Assembly (NCBI GenBank): GCA_003252295.1
Contig: QKEV01000017.1
Span: 34,931 to 98,930 of the forward strand
Direction: 5' to 3'
Length of the DNA: 64,000 bases
From: a bacterium
Lineage (GTDB): Bacteria > Patescibacteriota > Minisyncoccia > Phycocordibacterales > UBA12088
A program made the position numbers and the translations under genes. The notes below the pieces were generated by a model. The model was not told the DNA's origin, did no database searches, and was given only the letters and a program-made list of their open reading frames with translations. Positions 10,314 through 20,599 of this stretch are shown piece after piece; the stretch's first letter is position 1; each line of letters opens with the position of its first letter.

Positions 10314-12074
10314 TTGTACATTGTGAAAACATCCAGCTCCCAACTCAAAAACTTTATTCTCGACTCAGGACTCGTCACCCGTGCTGTCTACACAAAGGCA
10401 GAGAAAACTGCTGATGAAAAAAAGACAACCCCTGAGGAAATACTCGTATCAGAGGGACACATTTCAGAAGATGATCTACGTCGTATGCAAGCATACGTTC
10501 TCGGTGTTCCTTTCATCAACCTTGCAAAGGAAAAGATCGACTACGACATTCTCTCAATGATACCTGAGCCAATTGCACGCACACACAATGTTGTCGCCTA
10601 CAAGAAGAATGATCGTGAGCTCGAAGTTGCCATGCTCGATGTAGAGGACTTGCGCTCCATCGAGTTTATTAAGAAGAAAGTTGGTCTTAAAATTCTTCCC
10701 CGCCTCACTGATGCAGAGAGTATCAAGCATGCACTCTTGCAATACCAAAAGACACTGAAAGACGAATTTGGTGATCTCATTAAACACGAGAGTGCAGCCA
10801 TAACTGCAATTGACGAGGAAGGTGGTGAAGGAGTGTCTGAATCTGACCTTAAAAAACTTGCTGAAGATGTCCCTGTGGTACGTGTAGTAAATGCTCTTCT
10901 CAAGCACGCTATCATACAAAATGCTTCAGACATACATATTGAACCAATGGAAAACGAAGTACTCGTTCGTTACCGCATAGATGGTATCTTGCACGATGCT
11001 ATGACACTTCCTAAGAATGCTGCTGCATCTATCACTGCCCGTATCAAAGTGCTCTCTAGTTTAAAACTTGATGAAAAACGACTTCCTCAGGATGGTCGAT
11101 TCAAAATGGCTGTAGATAACGAAAAGGTAGCATTTCGTGTTTCTCTCCTTCCTACCTACTATGGAGAAAAAACGGTGATGCGTCTTTTAAGAGAGAACGG
11201 TGGTAGCTTCACTCTTGAAAGTCTCGGTTTCCACGGAGAAGGTCTTGAACGGGTACATAAGGCCATGAAACAAACAACCGGTCTCATCTTGACCACAGGT
11301 CCTACTGGTTCGGGAAAAACCACTACCCTCTATACCGTTCTCGATATTCTCAATACACCAGATGTAAACATTTCAACAGTAGAGGACCCTATCGAGTACC
11401 AGATGGCGCGCATCAACCAAACACAAGTGCGACCAGAGATCGACTTCACCTTTGCACGTGGATTACGCGCACTTGTGCGACAAGACCCAGACATTATCAT
11501 GGTTGGTGAGATCCGAGACAATGAAACCGCCAGTCTTGCGGTCAATGCAGCACTCACTGGACACTTAGTGCTTTCTACACTGCATACCAACTCCTCTGCT
11601 GGTGCCGTACCTCGAATGATGGACATGGATGTTGAGCCGTTCCTCCTTTCAAGCACCATACGTGTTGTTATTGCGCAACGTCTCGTACGTAGACTTTTCA
11701 ACAAAGGTGAGCCCTACAAGCTACCAAAAGAAGAGATAGCTTCGCTTGGTGAGTTTATAAATTTCGATATGGTAATGAAAGCTCTCATTGAAGAAAATAT
11801 TGTAGAAAAAAGCACAAAACCAGAAGACCTTCTCTTTTATAAACCAGTCCCAAACGAAGAATCAGTTGATGGATACAAGGGTAGACTTGTAATAAATGAA
11901 GTGCTTACTGTTTCAAGCGCCATTAACGAGTTAGTCCTACGGCAAGCATCAACCGATGAAATTGAACAGCAAGCAAGGAACGAAGGAATGCTCACCATGG
12001 CAGAGGATGGACTGTTTAAAGCAGTTCAAGGAATAACAACCGTTGAAGAGGTACTTCGAGTAATCAGCGAATAA
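10314..12074 (+). CDS. pilB: type IV pilus assembly ATPase PilB/GspE
   Basis: N-terminal GSPII_E_N domain. Walker A GPTGSGKTT, Asp box and His box. TTG start. Confidence 0.9.
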   Translation: MYIVKTSSSQLKNFILDSGLVTRAVYTKAEKTADEKKTTPEEILVSEGHISEDDLRRMQAYVLGVPFINLAKEKIDYDILSMIPEPIARTHNVVAYKKNDRELEVAMLDVEDLRSIEFIKKKVGLKILPRLTDAESIKHALLQYQKTLKDEFGDLIKHESAAITAIDEEGGEGVSESDLKKLAEDVPVVRVVNALLKHAIIQNASDIHIEPMENEVLVRYRIDGILHDAMTLPKNAAASITARIKVLSSLKLDEKRLPQDGRFKMAVDNEKVAFRVSLLPTYYGEKTVMRLLRENGGSFTLESLGFHGEGLERVHKAMKQTTGLILTTGPTGSGKTTTLYTVLDILNTPDVNISTVEDPIEYQMARINQTQVRPEIDFTFARGLRALVRQDPDIIMVGEIRDNETASLAVNAALTGHLVLSTLHTNSSAGAVPRMMDMDVEPFLLSSTIRVVIAQRLVRRLFNKGEPYKLPKEEIASLGEFINFDMVMKALIEENIVEKSTKPEDLLFYKPVPNEESVDGYKGRLVINEVLTVSSAINELVLRQASTDEIEQQARNEGMLTMAEDGLFKAVQGITTVEEVLRVISE

Positions 12075-12075
12075 C

Positions 12076-13293
12076 ATGCCCATCTTTACTTACAAAGCAA
12101 TTAAAGATGGAGAAAAGGAGTCCTATGAAGGAAAAGTAGAGGCAAAAGATCGTTTCGAGGTGTACTCCATAGTACGTAAGGATGGTGCACAAATCCTTAC
12201 GGTAAAAGAAACAACAACGAGTGCTCAGTACACTGAGAAACTTACCCAGTTCTTAAGTCGCGTTAAACAGAATGAGAAGATTGTCTTTATGCGTAATCTT
12301 GGTGCAATGATCCGTGCTGGACTCACCCTCTCAAGAGCACTTTCAGTCATGGAACGTCAGACAAAAAACCCTAAATTTAAAGGTGTACTCGGTGACATAC
12401 AGAAAGATATACAACAGGGTGGTGACCTCAACTCATCCATGAAAAAACATGATGATGTCTTTACTCCACTCATGGTTGCCATGGTTAAAGCAGGTGAAGA
12501 GTCGGGTAGCTTGGCAGAATCCTGCACTATTATTGCCAGTCAGGAAGAACGTTCATACGAACTTAAGAAGAAGATTCGTGGAGCAATGATCTACCCTGGA
12601 GTTATTGTCACCGTCTTACTTGGAATAGGTACCATGATGATGATGTTTATTGTACCGACACTTTCAGCAACATTTGAAACACTAGGTTCAGAGCTCCCAA
12701 TGTCGACACAGATCATCATTAAACTCAGTGACTTTCTTGTTGACTACACCCTACAAACCTTTGGTGCTTTCGTACTTGCCATTGTTCTCTTTATCGCCTT
12801 TCTGAAGACCAAAAACGGCAGCAGGCTTTTTGAAAGTTTTGTTCTTTACATACCTGTTATTGGCACCCTTGTAAAAGAAACTAACAGTGCAAGAACTGGA
12901 CGCACACTTGCCTCCCTCCTCTCAAGTGGTGTTCACGTTCTCCACTCACTTGAGATCACTGAAGAGGTTATACAGAACTCACACTACAAAGAAATTATTG
13001 CGAAGGCTCGAGTACAGGTGCAGGGAGGGTCACCTATTGCTGAAGTATTCGAAAAAGAAGAAAGACTGTACCCACCACTTGTTGGGGAACTTATTGCTGT
13101 TGGAGAAGAAACAGGTAACCTGCCTGACATGCTTCAGGAAGTTGCAAAATTCTATGAAAATGAAGTTGATCAAAAAACAAAAAACATGTCAACTATTATT
13201 GAACCAATGCTCATGCTTGTTGTTGGTTCAGCTGTTGGGTACTTTGCTCTTGCTATGATCAGTCCAATGTACTCTATGGTTGAAAACTTCTAA
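12076..13293 (+). CDS. pilC: type IV pilus inner-membrane platform protein PilC/GspF
   Basis: 405 aa with two GspF repeats and 3 TM segments. Immediately follows pilB. Confidence 0.85.
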   Translation: MPIFTYKAIKDGEKESYEGKVEAKDRFEVYSIVRKDGAQILTVKETTTSAQYTEKLTQFLSRVKQNEKIVFMRNLGAMIRAGLTLSRALSVMERQTKNPKFKGVLGDIQKDIQQGGDLNSSMKKHDDVFTPLMVAMVKAGEESGSLAESCTIIASQEERSYELKKKIRGAMIYPGVIVTVLLGIGTMMMMFIVPTLSATFETLGSELPMSTQIIIKLSDFLVDYTLQTFGAFVLAIVLFIAFLKTKNGSRLFESFVLYIPVIGTLVKETNSARTGRTLASLLSSGVHVLHSLEITEEVIQNSHYKEIIAKARVQVQGGSPIAEVFEKEERLYPPLVGELIAVGEETGNLPDMLQEVAKFYENEVDQKTKNMSTIIEPMLMLVVGSAVGYFALAMISPMYSMVENF

Positions 13294-13768
13294 CATGTAT
13301 TTTCCTGCTTCAATTCCAAAAGGTTTTACACTCCTTGAAACAATGATGGTGATCAGTCTGACACTCATCTTAGCAACGATCTCAATTGTGGCACTTGGGG
13401 ATTTTGGAAACCGTTCTGGACAACATGAAGCTGCTCAAATTATTCTCGGTGTACTTGAGGATGCACACGCACGCACGCTTGCTTCTCAAAACGATACGTT
13501 CTACGGAGTGCATTTTGATACAACACAGGTGGTACTGTTTACAGGTGGGACCTACACAGCAGGTGAGAGTACAAATGAGACCTACACCCTTCCCTCAAAA
13601 ACATCCATAACAACTATTGGACTTGGTGGATCCTCAGAAGTACTCTTTGCACGTTTAAGCGGAGAGGCAACACCTTCTGGCACCATTACCGTTGCACTCA
13701 CCGAAACCCCCACACAGAGCAAAATGATCACAATATACCAAAGCGGTTTAACTGAAGTAACGAATTAA
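13280..13768 (+). CDS. prepilin-type N-terminal cleavage/methylation domain protein (pilin)
   Basis: Class III signal peptide ...PKG|FTLLETMMVISL, with Glu at +5. Start could be 13280 or 13295. Confidence 0.8.
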   Translation: MKTSNMYFPASIPKGFTLLETMMVISLTLILATISIVALGDFGNRSGQHEAAQIILGVLEDAHARTLASQNDTFYGVHFDTTQVVLFTGGTYTAGESTNETYTLPSKTSITTIGLGGSSEVLFARLSGEATPSGTITVALTETPTQSKMITIYQSGLTEVTN

Positions 13769-13769
13769 C

Positions 13770-14255
13770 ATGCAGTGTAAGAGAGAACAAGGAATAGGAA
13801 TTGCAGAAGCTATTATTGTTATCTCAATAATAAGTGTTTCCTTTACCTCACTGTTAGGAGCAGCAGTCTTCTTTTTTAAAAATGGACTTGAGGCATCTGA
13901 TCAAGTCCAAGCTATTTTTCTTCTCGATGAAAGTGTGGAAGCAGTGCGGTTTATGCGTGATGAGAGTTTCCTCTTAAACATCACACCTCTTGTGGGAACT
14001 GGACCTCAATACCTCGATATGGATGCTTCGGGATGGAGTGCCACAAGTACAAACATACTCATTGATAACATCTACACAAGAACCGTAGAGCTTACCGAGG
14101 TGTACAGGAGAAACAGTGATGATGTTATTGTCCCAAGTACTTCTGCAGACCTCAAGACACTTGATCCAGGTACTGTTGAAGTCACTACTACAGTAAACTG
14201 GGGTTCGAACACACTCACGGCATCAACATACGTAACAGACCTGTATGAAAACTAG
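13770..14255 (+). CDS. pilin-like protein
   Basis: QG|IGIAEAIIVISI N-terminus with Glu at +5 after Gly, a hydrophobic helix and then a globular domain. Confidence 0.6.
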   Translation: MQCKREQGIGIAEAIIVISIISVSFTSLLGAAVFFFKNGLEASDQVQAIFLLDESVEAVRFMRDESFLLNITPLVGTGPQYLDMDASGWSATSTNILIDNIYTRTVELTEVYRRNSDDVIVPSTSADLKTLDPGTVEVTTTVNWGSNTLTASTYVTDLYEN

Positions 14256-14751
14256 TACATCACAAAAAGGATTTTCCCTTGTCGAAATGATGGTATACAT
14301 AGCGATCCTTTCGATTGTCTTTAGTGCACTGGTAACCTCAGCAAACTCAATGGTAAAAACTTTTGGAAAACTGAAAGCATCCGAGGAAGTGGCTCATACA
14401 GGAACCGTTGTACTTGAACGTCTCACAAGAGAACTACGACGAGCGAGCAGTGTGGATTACTTTACAAGTAGCCTTTCTACCGACCCAGGAATACTCACAC
14501 TCAACACACGTGACTGGTCAGGCAACAGTACCACTGCAACCATCACGCTCTCTGGAGGAAGGATTATGTTTACCGAAGGAGGAACCAGTTCACCACTCTC
14601 AGCTTCCGGTGTTACCGTAACAAACCTTATGTTTACCCATCTTAGTAACACAAACACTGAAGGAGTGCTTATTGAATTTACTGCAAAAAAGACTGGTGGT
14701 AACGCCACCATCACTAAAGAATTTAGAACTTTTACTGTACTTGATGGATAG
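14245..14751 (+). CDS. prepilin-type pilin/pseudopilin
   Basis: KG|FSLVEMMVYIAILSIV N-terminal methylation motif. Confidence 0.8.
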   Translation: MKTSTSQKGFSLVEMMVYIAILSIVFSALVTSANSMVKTFGKLKASEEVAHTGTVVLERLTRELRRASSVDYFTSSLSTDPGILTLNTRDWSGNSTTATITLSGGRIMFTEGGTSSPLSASGVTVTNLMFTHLSNTNTEGVLIEFTAKKTGGNATITKEFRTFTVLDG

Positions 14752-16063
14752 TATGAAGAGCATATATAAACAAAAAAAGACAAATGAAGATGGACAGGTA
14801 ATGATGATCGTTATGATTCTTGTTCTGTCCGGATGCCTTGTTATGGCAGGCGGGCTTCTTGCGCTCGTACGAGGACAGGTACGTGTGGTAACAGAACTTT
14901 CTCTCTCAAAAACATCATACATTTTAGCCGAAGGAGCACTCGAAGAGGTTGTGTATCGTCACATGAACAACATGTCTGTTGCAAACACTGAGACGCTCAC
15001 AAAAAATGGTATCGATGTAGAAACTACTTCTACCAACGTTTCAGATGATATCGAAGTACTTGCTGTAGGGGATGACCATGGTCGTATACGAAAGGTCGAA
15101 GCATTGCTTATTGAAGGAGATGGAAAATCTTTTAGTTTTGGTGTACAGACTGACAACGGCGGTATGCTGCTTGAAAACAACTCTTCAATCAATGGAAACA
15201 TATATTCAAATGGACCCATTATTGGAAGCAACCTGAATGATATAAACGGTGCAGCAATATCTGCTGGACCATCTGGATACATTAGCGAGATACACGCTAC
15301 TGACAGCATGTATGCAAACAGTATCGAAGACTCATATGTTGAAGGAGATGCATACTACACCACTATAGATGCGGCAACAGTAGTTACTGGTACTAAGTAC
15401 CCTGGTTTTCCAGACCTTGCAACCACGACACTTCCCATAACTGACAACCTTCTTGATGACTGGGAAGCATACGCCGCATCATCTTCTGTTATGTCCGCAG
15501 AATGTGCTGCTGCAGGGGGACACCTTATCTACACAACCGATGTTACCCTTGGTCCTGCAAAGATTCCTTGCGACGTATCCTTCGACCTATCACCTAAAGT
15601 TACTGTTTCCGGCGTACTTTGGATCGAGGGAGACCTCGACTTCAGTCAAGGACCAGAATTTTATGTTGATCCAGCCATTGGAAACAAGAGTATCCCGATC
15701 ATTGTTGATGATCCTAGTGACAGAACCAATTCTGGCACCATCCTCATGCAAAACTCTGGAGACTGGATAGGAAACGGTAACCGTTCCTACCTTCTCCTTG
15801 TAAGCAGGAATGAAGATGCAGAACTTGGCGGTTCAAATGCTGCTATTGAAATAGAGCAAAGTAACGGTGGTGCACTGCTTGTATATGCTGGGCACGGAGA
15901 AATTCTCCTTGAAAATAACACTGATCTCACCGAAATCACTGCTTTCCGCGTTCATCTACGCAACAACACGGAAGTCAACTACGACACAGGATTGGCAAGT
16001 GCAATATTTTACATAGGTCCAGGTGGTGGCTACACCATAGATACATGGGAAGAAGTTGAATAG
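14744..16063 (+). CDS. large pilus-associated protein (PilX-like N-terminus)
   Basis: N-terminal hydrophobic helix (MIVMILVLSGCLVMAGGL), then a ~400-aa Gly/Asn/Thr-rich beta-type domain. Last gene of the pilin cluster. The ATG at 14744 overlaps the preceding stop. Confidence 0.5.
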   Translation: MDSMKSIYKQKKTNEDGQVMMIVMILVLSGCLVMAGGLLALVRGQVRVVTELSLSKTSYILAEGALEEVVYRHMNNMSVANTETLTKNGIDVETTSTNVSDDIEVLAVGDDHGRIRKVEALLIEGDGKSFSFGVQTDNGGMLLENNSSINGNIYSNGPIIGSNLNDINGAAISAGPSGYISEIHATDSMYANSIEDSYVEGDAYYTTIDAATVVTGTKYPGFPDLATTTLPITDNLLDDWEAYAASSSVMSAECAAAGGHLIYTTDVTLGPAKIPCDVSFDLSPKVTVSGVLWIEGDLDFSQGPEFYVDPAIGNKSIPIIVDDPSDRTNSGTILMQNSGDWIGNGNRSYLLLVSRNEDAELGGSNAAIEIEQSNGGALLVYAGHGEILLENNTDLTEITAFRVHLRNNTEVNYDTGLASAIFYIGPGGGYTIDTWEEVE

Positions 16064-16073
16064 CCTCTTTTTT

Positions 16074-16610
16074 TTACTTCTCTTCTTTTGTTTGCAGTAC
16101 ATCTAAAAGATGTTCCTTCACCATATCTGGAAATGGAACCTGCTTCATAATAAAGTCATTTGAAATACTAGCAGTTTGGATACGAACATCACCAAAATGT
16201 AACCACGTAGGAATAACTCCTGAAATGGTACAGGTGATGTCTTGAATTTTTTCAAGAGGAAAACTAGACACCTCTCTTGTGAAAAAACCTTTCTGCTCTA
16301 TATCAATAACACGTTCTGAGGTAATGACCCACGCATCCAACCAATGGTCGCTCCAAACTGCAAAAAAATACATCCATAGCAGTAGACCAATGAAACCAAG
16401 TGCAAAAAAACCAACAGGAAGAAGTACCCGCAACACCTCACTTGTATCACCGTTTGCCACCAAACTCACATCAGCAACAACAAGCACAACCGTTGCAATA
16501 AGAAAAATAAAAATATTAAGAGCACCCACAGCCGCAAGCGAGAACCAATGCCGACGCACAATGGTAATTATCTCCTCTCCGTCCCTAAGTGATACTGCCT
16601 CTGAGATCAT
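16074..16610 (-). CDS. membrane protein with bacterial PH (bPH_2/YdbT-like) domain
   Basis: Two TM helices followed by a PH-like domain (WVITSERVIDIEQKGFFTREVSSFPLEKIQDI). Confidence 0.6.
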   Translation of the reverse strand: MISEAVSLRDGEEIITIVRRHWFSLAAVGALNIFIFLIATVVLVVADVSLVANGDTSEVLRVLLPVGFFALGFIGLLLWMYFFAVWSDHWLDAWVITSERVIDIEQKGFFTREVSSFPLEKIQDITCTISGVIPTWLHFGDVRIQTASISNDFIMKQVPFPDMVKEHLLDVLQTKEEK

Positions 16611-16846
16611 ATAAATGAATATGCAAACGCTGAAAACGCCATTATTGCAATAAATAACATACTTACACCAAGGTAGAGCAATAGGTTACTCACTGTTGTA
16701 AACTTTCCCGTTGAGTACACTCTCCAGTGCCAAATGAGTATCGCACTGTATACGCTAAAAATTATGAGCGTAACACCAAACACTCCCCACATAACGTACC
16801 CAATTGGTATTGTGTGTAGTATTTCCATGAGCGGCACCTCTTGCAT
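16607..16846 (-). CDS. small two-TM membrane protein
   Basis: 79 aa with two hydrophobic helices. Overlaps the downstream gene by 4 nt (ATGA), so probably operonic. Confidence 0.4.
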   Translation of the reverse strand: MQEVPLMEILHTIPIGYVMWGVFGVTLIIFSVYSAILIWHWRVYSTGKFTTVSNLLLYLGVSMLFIAIMAFSAFAYSFI

Positions 16847-16917
16847 GTAGTTAGTATACCGTAAACATACCCACCAAACACAGTGTGGTCACATGCAGTG
16901 AATGCTATAGTACAAGT

Positions 16918-17784
16918 ATGAATGAGCAAGATATTAAAGCAAAAGCATCTACTTTTGTGCGATTTATTATTTTAATCATTGTGGGAGCAAACCTGCTTCC
17001 CCTACTCTTTACTAGTAAAATCGATATTATGTACTTTCTACCATTATTTATAGCTATCGTACTTTTGGGACTTGCAATACTACTCATCCGCCAGGTTGAC
17101 CAGTATGAACGTGGTGTCATGCTCACCATGGGACGTTACACCGGCACCGTAGAACCGGGTTGGCGGATTGTGATACCCATCTTCCAACGACTCATGAAGG
17201 TAGACATGCGTGTTGCAGTAATTGACGTACCTGATCAAGATGCCATCACCAGAGACAACATCTCAGTCAATGTAAATGCAGTTGTCTACTACAAGGTGAA
17301 AGATGCTCGAGCAGCGATCATTGAGATAGAAAATTTTCAGTATGCCATAAGCCAGCTTGCACAAACTACCATGCGCGACATTGTTGGAGAAATGGAACTT
17401 GATGAACTGCTTGCAAATCGTGATGCTGTATCAAGAAAAATCAAGGAATTGGTTGATGTTGCATCGGACCCATGGGGTATAGCTGTCACCGCTGTTGAGT
17501 TGAAACATGTTGAACTTCCACAAGATCTCAAACGTACCATAGGAAAACAAGCCGAAGCTGAACGTGAACGACGTGCAGTTATTATTAAAGCAGAAGGTGA
17601 GGTTGCGGCAGCGCAAAACATGGCTAAGGCAGCACAACTTCTTGGTGAACAAACTGGAGCACTACATCTTCGAACCTTGCAGAGTTTAAACGATCTTTCA
17701 AGTGATCAATCAAATACCGTAGTCTTTGCTGTTCCACTTGAGGTACTTCGAGCATTTGAAAAAATTGGAGACAAAAATGCCTAG
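16918..17784 (+). CDS. SPFH/band-7 (stomatin/prohibitin-like) protein
   Basis: N-terminal TM segment plus the SPFH core (RQVDQYERGVMLTMGRY...AVIDVPDQDAITRDN) and a coiled-coil tail. Confidence 0.85.
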   Translation: MNEQDIKAKASTFVRFIILIIVGANLLPLLFTSKIDIMYFLPLFIAIVLLGLAILLIRQVDQYERGVMLTMGRYTGTVEPGWRIVIPIFQRLMKVDMRVAVIDVPDQDAITRDNISVNVNAVVYYKVKDARAAIIEIENFQYAISQLAQTTMRDIVGEMELDELLANRDAVSRKIKELVDVASDPWGIAVTAVELKHVELPQDLKRTIGKQAEAERERRAVIIKAEGEVAAAQNMAKAAQLLGEQTGALHLRTLQSLNDLSSDQSNTVVFAVPLEVLRAFEKIGDKNA

Positions 17785-17834
17785 GTGTTAGGGAATGGGT
17801 GTTGGGTATTAGGGAATAGGTCTCTTGGTCATAA

Positions 17835-18719
17835 TCACTGCACTGAGACCATCCCTCCATCACTCACAAAAACAATATCTCCATGGGTACACGTATCAAG
17901 TACGGTAACATCAAGCATATGCAAGTTATTGATGACATCAGTATGAGGATGACCATACGAGTTGTCACACCCTGCCGACACCACAGCATACTCAGGTGAC
18001 ACATACCCTAAAAATGGTAACGCTGATGAGGTATTCGAACCATGATGCCCGAGCTTCAGTACCGTACTCTTCAGCGCATCACCATAAAGGTCAATAAGGT
18101 GTGTTTCTATACTAGTCGGTGCATCTCCTGTAAAGAGAAAGGATGTAGCTCCATATGTTAGCCGTAACACTACCGATCCAGTATTTGCTTCTACCTTTCT
18201 AACATCTCTATCTGGGAACAACACATCGAGTTGTACTCCATCATCGAGGAGAAGTGTGTATGGTTCTGTAATAATCTCACTACGAGCACCTTCATCTGCC
18301 ACAGCTGCGATAAGTGCCATATTGTCAGCACCATCATCCTCTATACCCGAACTGAGAAACAACGGCACTTCGTATCGAGCAAACACATAAGGGAGTCCAC
18401 CTATATGATCTAAATCAGGATGCGTTGCCACAACCATATCTATGGTTTTATCAAAAAAGGAAAGTTCGCGACCAAGGCCTTGCAGCACAATCCTACCTTT
18501 CCCTCCATCAACGAGCACTTGAATACCACTCGGTGTCTCGATGAGTGCAGCATCACCCTGCCCAACATCAAAAAAGATCACACGGAGTGTTCCTCTCTGG
18601 ATACCAGCATCATCAAACCCCCACACCACTGTACCTAAAAGAGCAAAGAGCAGTACAAAAGACCAAACACTCAATGCTTGTACTTTCTGCTTTACCTCTC
18701 TTGTTTTAGCTACATGCAT
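17835..18719 (-). CDS. ComEC-associated metallo-beta-lactamase-fold protein
   Basis: N-terminal TM segment. MBL motifs VGQGDA, HPDLDHIGG and a later GHHGS. Equivalent to the C-terminal MBL domain of ComEC/Rec2, but encoded as a separate gene here. Confidence 0.7.
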   Translation of the reverse strand: MHVAKTREVKQKVQALSVWSFVLLFALLGTVVWGFDDAGIQRGTLRVIFFDVGQGDAALIETPSGIQVLVDGGKGRIVLQGLGRELSFFDKTIDMVVATHPDLDHIGGLPYVFARYEVPLFLSSGIEDDGADNMALIAAVADEGARSEIITEPYTLLLDDGVQLDVLFPDRDVRKVEANTGSVVLRLTYGATSFLFTGDAPTSIETHLIDLYGDALKSTVLKLGHHGSNTSSALPFLGYVSPEYAVVSAGCDNSYGHPHTDVINNLHMLDVTVLDTCTHGDIVFVSDGGMVSVQ

Positions 18720-19836
18720 GAACAACCCGACTCCTACTTCGTTTATCAAATACCGTAGGTATCACCTTGCTCTGTGTTGGTTTTACTACCGCATCAGCAA
18801 GTGCTCTCGCAATTCGAATCTTGAGAGTATTGTCTACATGTTTCAAGTTATGCTCCATGACACCACGCAAGAGAGAGGGTAGTACCACATCCTCATGTAT
18901 GCAGTTCTGCTCGCCAATTTCACCTTGCATAACCACACTTGCTCCAACTGTCTCTAACTGCTCGATTGAAACATCTTTAGGTAAACAACCAGTGATACAT
19001 ACCACCGGTTGTTGTGCCATCATTCGAACATACTCTTCGTACGGTATGTATGAAGAAACAGTACTCACCAGTACATCAGCACCAACAACAGCTTCAAGTA
19101 CTCCTCCTGTTCTCCTTTCTCTATTTGTTCGTTCAGCAAGAAATGCTTTTTCCGGGGTCATGTCACTCCTCAATGGACTCAGTATCCCATCTCTATCAAC
19201 CAAAACTATATCTCCAACACCATGATGAAGCAGCAACTGTGCTATTCCGATACCCTCTATACCCATACCTAAAACAGCAAAACGAGAGGTGTGCATACTC
19301 TTTTTATTTACCAGGTGAGCATTGATGAGTGCAGCAAGAATAGTAATGGTCTCGGCATCCTTCTCACTATGTAGTACAGGAACCGGTGCTTCTATTTTGT
19401 AGAGTTGTTCCACAGCAGATGTTCTTGCCATCTCTGTTCCATACAACAACACTGCACCAAATGAATGTGAAAGCATTTCTATCTGTGACACAAAGTCATA
19501 CTCTTCCATGTACGGTAAAACTATCGGTACTGCATCAACACCACCGAACTCACTCAGCGCTGCCGCCTTCCCCTCCAGGAGAGGCAGTACCGCTTTGTGT
19601 CCAAGCTTACCAAAACCCTTTACATTTGAACCATCTGAAACAACAGCAACTGTTCTATTTATTTTTGTGTACCGAGAAAGCAGTAAGGGATTTTCACGTA
19701 TTGCTCGAGCTGCATACGTAGCACCTCTATTTGATACAATGTTGTATGTCTCCTTGGTAAATGAACTCCCTTTTCCACTCCCTTTTTGCTCTTTCCATTT
19801 CCTGAGTTGCGATAAAATTTCATCAATTTCTGACAT
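18706..19836 (-). CDS. NAD(P)-dependent malic enzyme (short form)
   Basis: 376 aa. VVSDGSNVKGFGKLG substrate-binding region and GMGIEGIGIA Rossmann motif. Domain order matches the short malic enzymes. Confidence 0.7.
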   Translation of the reverse strand: MSEIDEILSQLRKWKEQKGSGKGSSFTKETYNIVSNRGATYAARAIRENPLLLSRYTKINRTVAVVSDGSNVKGFGKLGHKAVLPLLEGKAAALSEFGGVDAVPIVLPYMEEYDFVSQIEMLSHSFGAVLLYGTEMARTSAVEQLYKIEAPVPVLHSEKDAETITILAALINAHLVNKKSMHTSRFAVLGMGIEGIGIAQLLLHHGVGDIVLVDRDGILSPLRSDMTPEKAFLAERTNRERRTGGVLEAVVGADVLVSTVSSYIPYEEYVRMMAQQPVVCITGCLPKDVSIEQLETVGASVVMQGEIGEQNCIHEDVVLPSLLRGVMEHNLKHVDNTLKIRIARALADAVVKPTQSKVIPTVFDKRSRSRVVHACS

Positions 19837-19983
19837 GGTACCTACAAAAACTAGAAGTGCTTATCAATTTCTCCATAGGACGATACTACCATACTAGAGG
19901 TATTCGAAACCAATCATCTTTTATGTGCTACAGTATAGGGACTCATGGCAGTTGCCATGACTTAACCTCACTAAATCTACACT

Positions 19984-20577
19984 ATGACCTACACACCACA
20001 TGACTTTAAACTTCCCACAGTAGAAGGTATTTCAAAAGAAACCTTTGACCTCCACCTTGGTCTCTACAAGGGATATGTTACACACACCAACCTACTCATG
20101 GAGCAACTCAATACACTGGCCAAATCAGGAGATGAGTTCGCCTACACGATCGCAGAACTAAGGAGGCGACTTGGTTTCGAATGGAACGGCATGCGACTTC
20201 ATGAACTCTATTTTGGTGCACTCGAAGGAAAATCAACAACACTTACCGGAGAGTCAAAATTCTACAAAGCAATTGCAAAACAGTATGGTAGTTTCTCAAA
20301 GTGGCTGGAAATTTTTACCAAGTTTAGTGCACGTGGTCCTGGTTGGGCACTCTTGAACTACGACACGGAAGCAGACCACTTCTACCACACATGGGTCGCA
20401 GACCATGAGATAGGACACCTTGCTACACTACCAACCATTATTGCCATCGATCATTGGGAGCATGCATACCTTCTTGACTATGCACCTGGTGAAAAGGGCA
20501 AGTACGTTGAAGCGTACCTTACAGCACTCAACTGGGAAACCATAGATACACGTTTTGAAGCAGCAATGAAGAAATAG
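19984..20577 (+). CDS. sodA: Fe/Mn superoxide dismutase
   Basis: 197 aa with the N-terminal helical hairpin. DHWEHAYLLDY metal-binding motif. Confidence 0.9.
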   Translation: MTYTPHDFKLPTVEGISKETFDLHLGLYKGYVTHTNLLMEQLNTLAKSGDEFAYTIAELRRRLGFEWNGMRLHELYFGALEGKSTTLTGESKFYKAIAKQYGSFSKWLEIFTKFSARGPGWALLNYDTEADHFYHTWVADHEIGHLATLPTIIAIDHWEHAYLLDYAPGEKGKYVEAYLTALNWETIDTRFEAAMKK

Positions 20578-20599
20578 AAATGTCACTCCACCCAACCTA

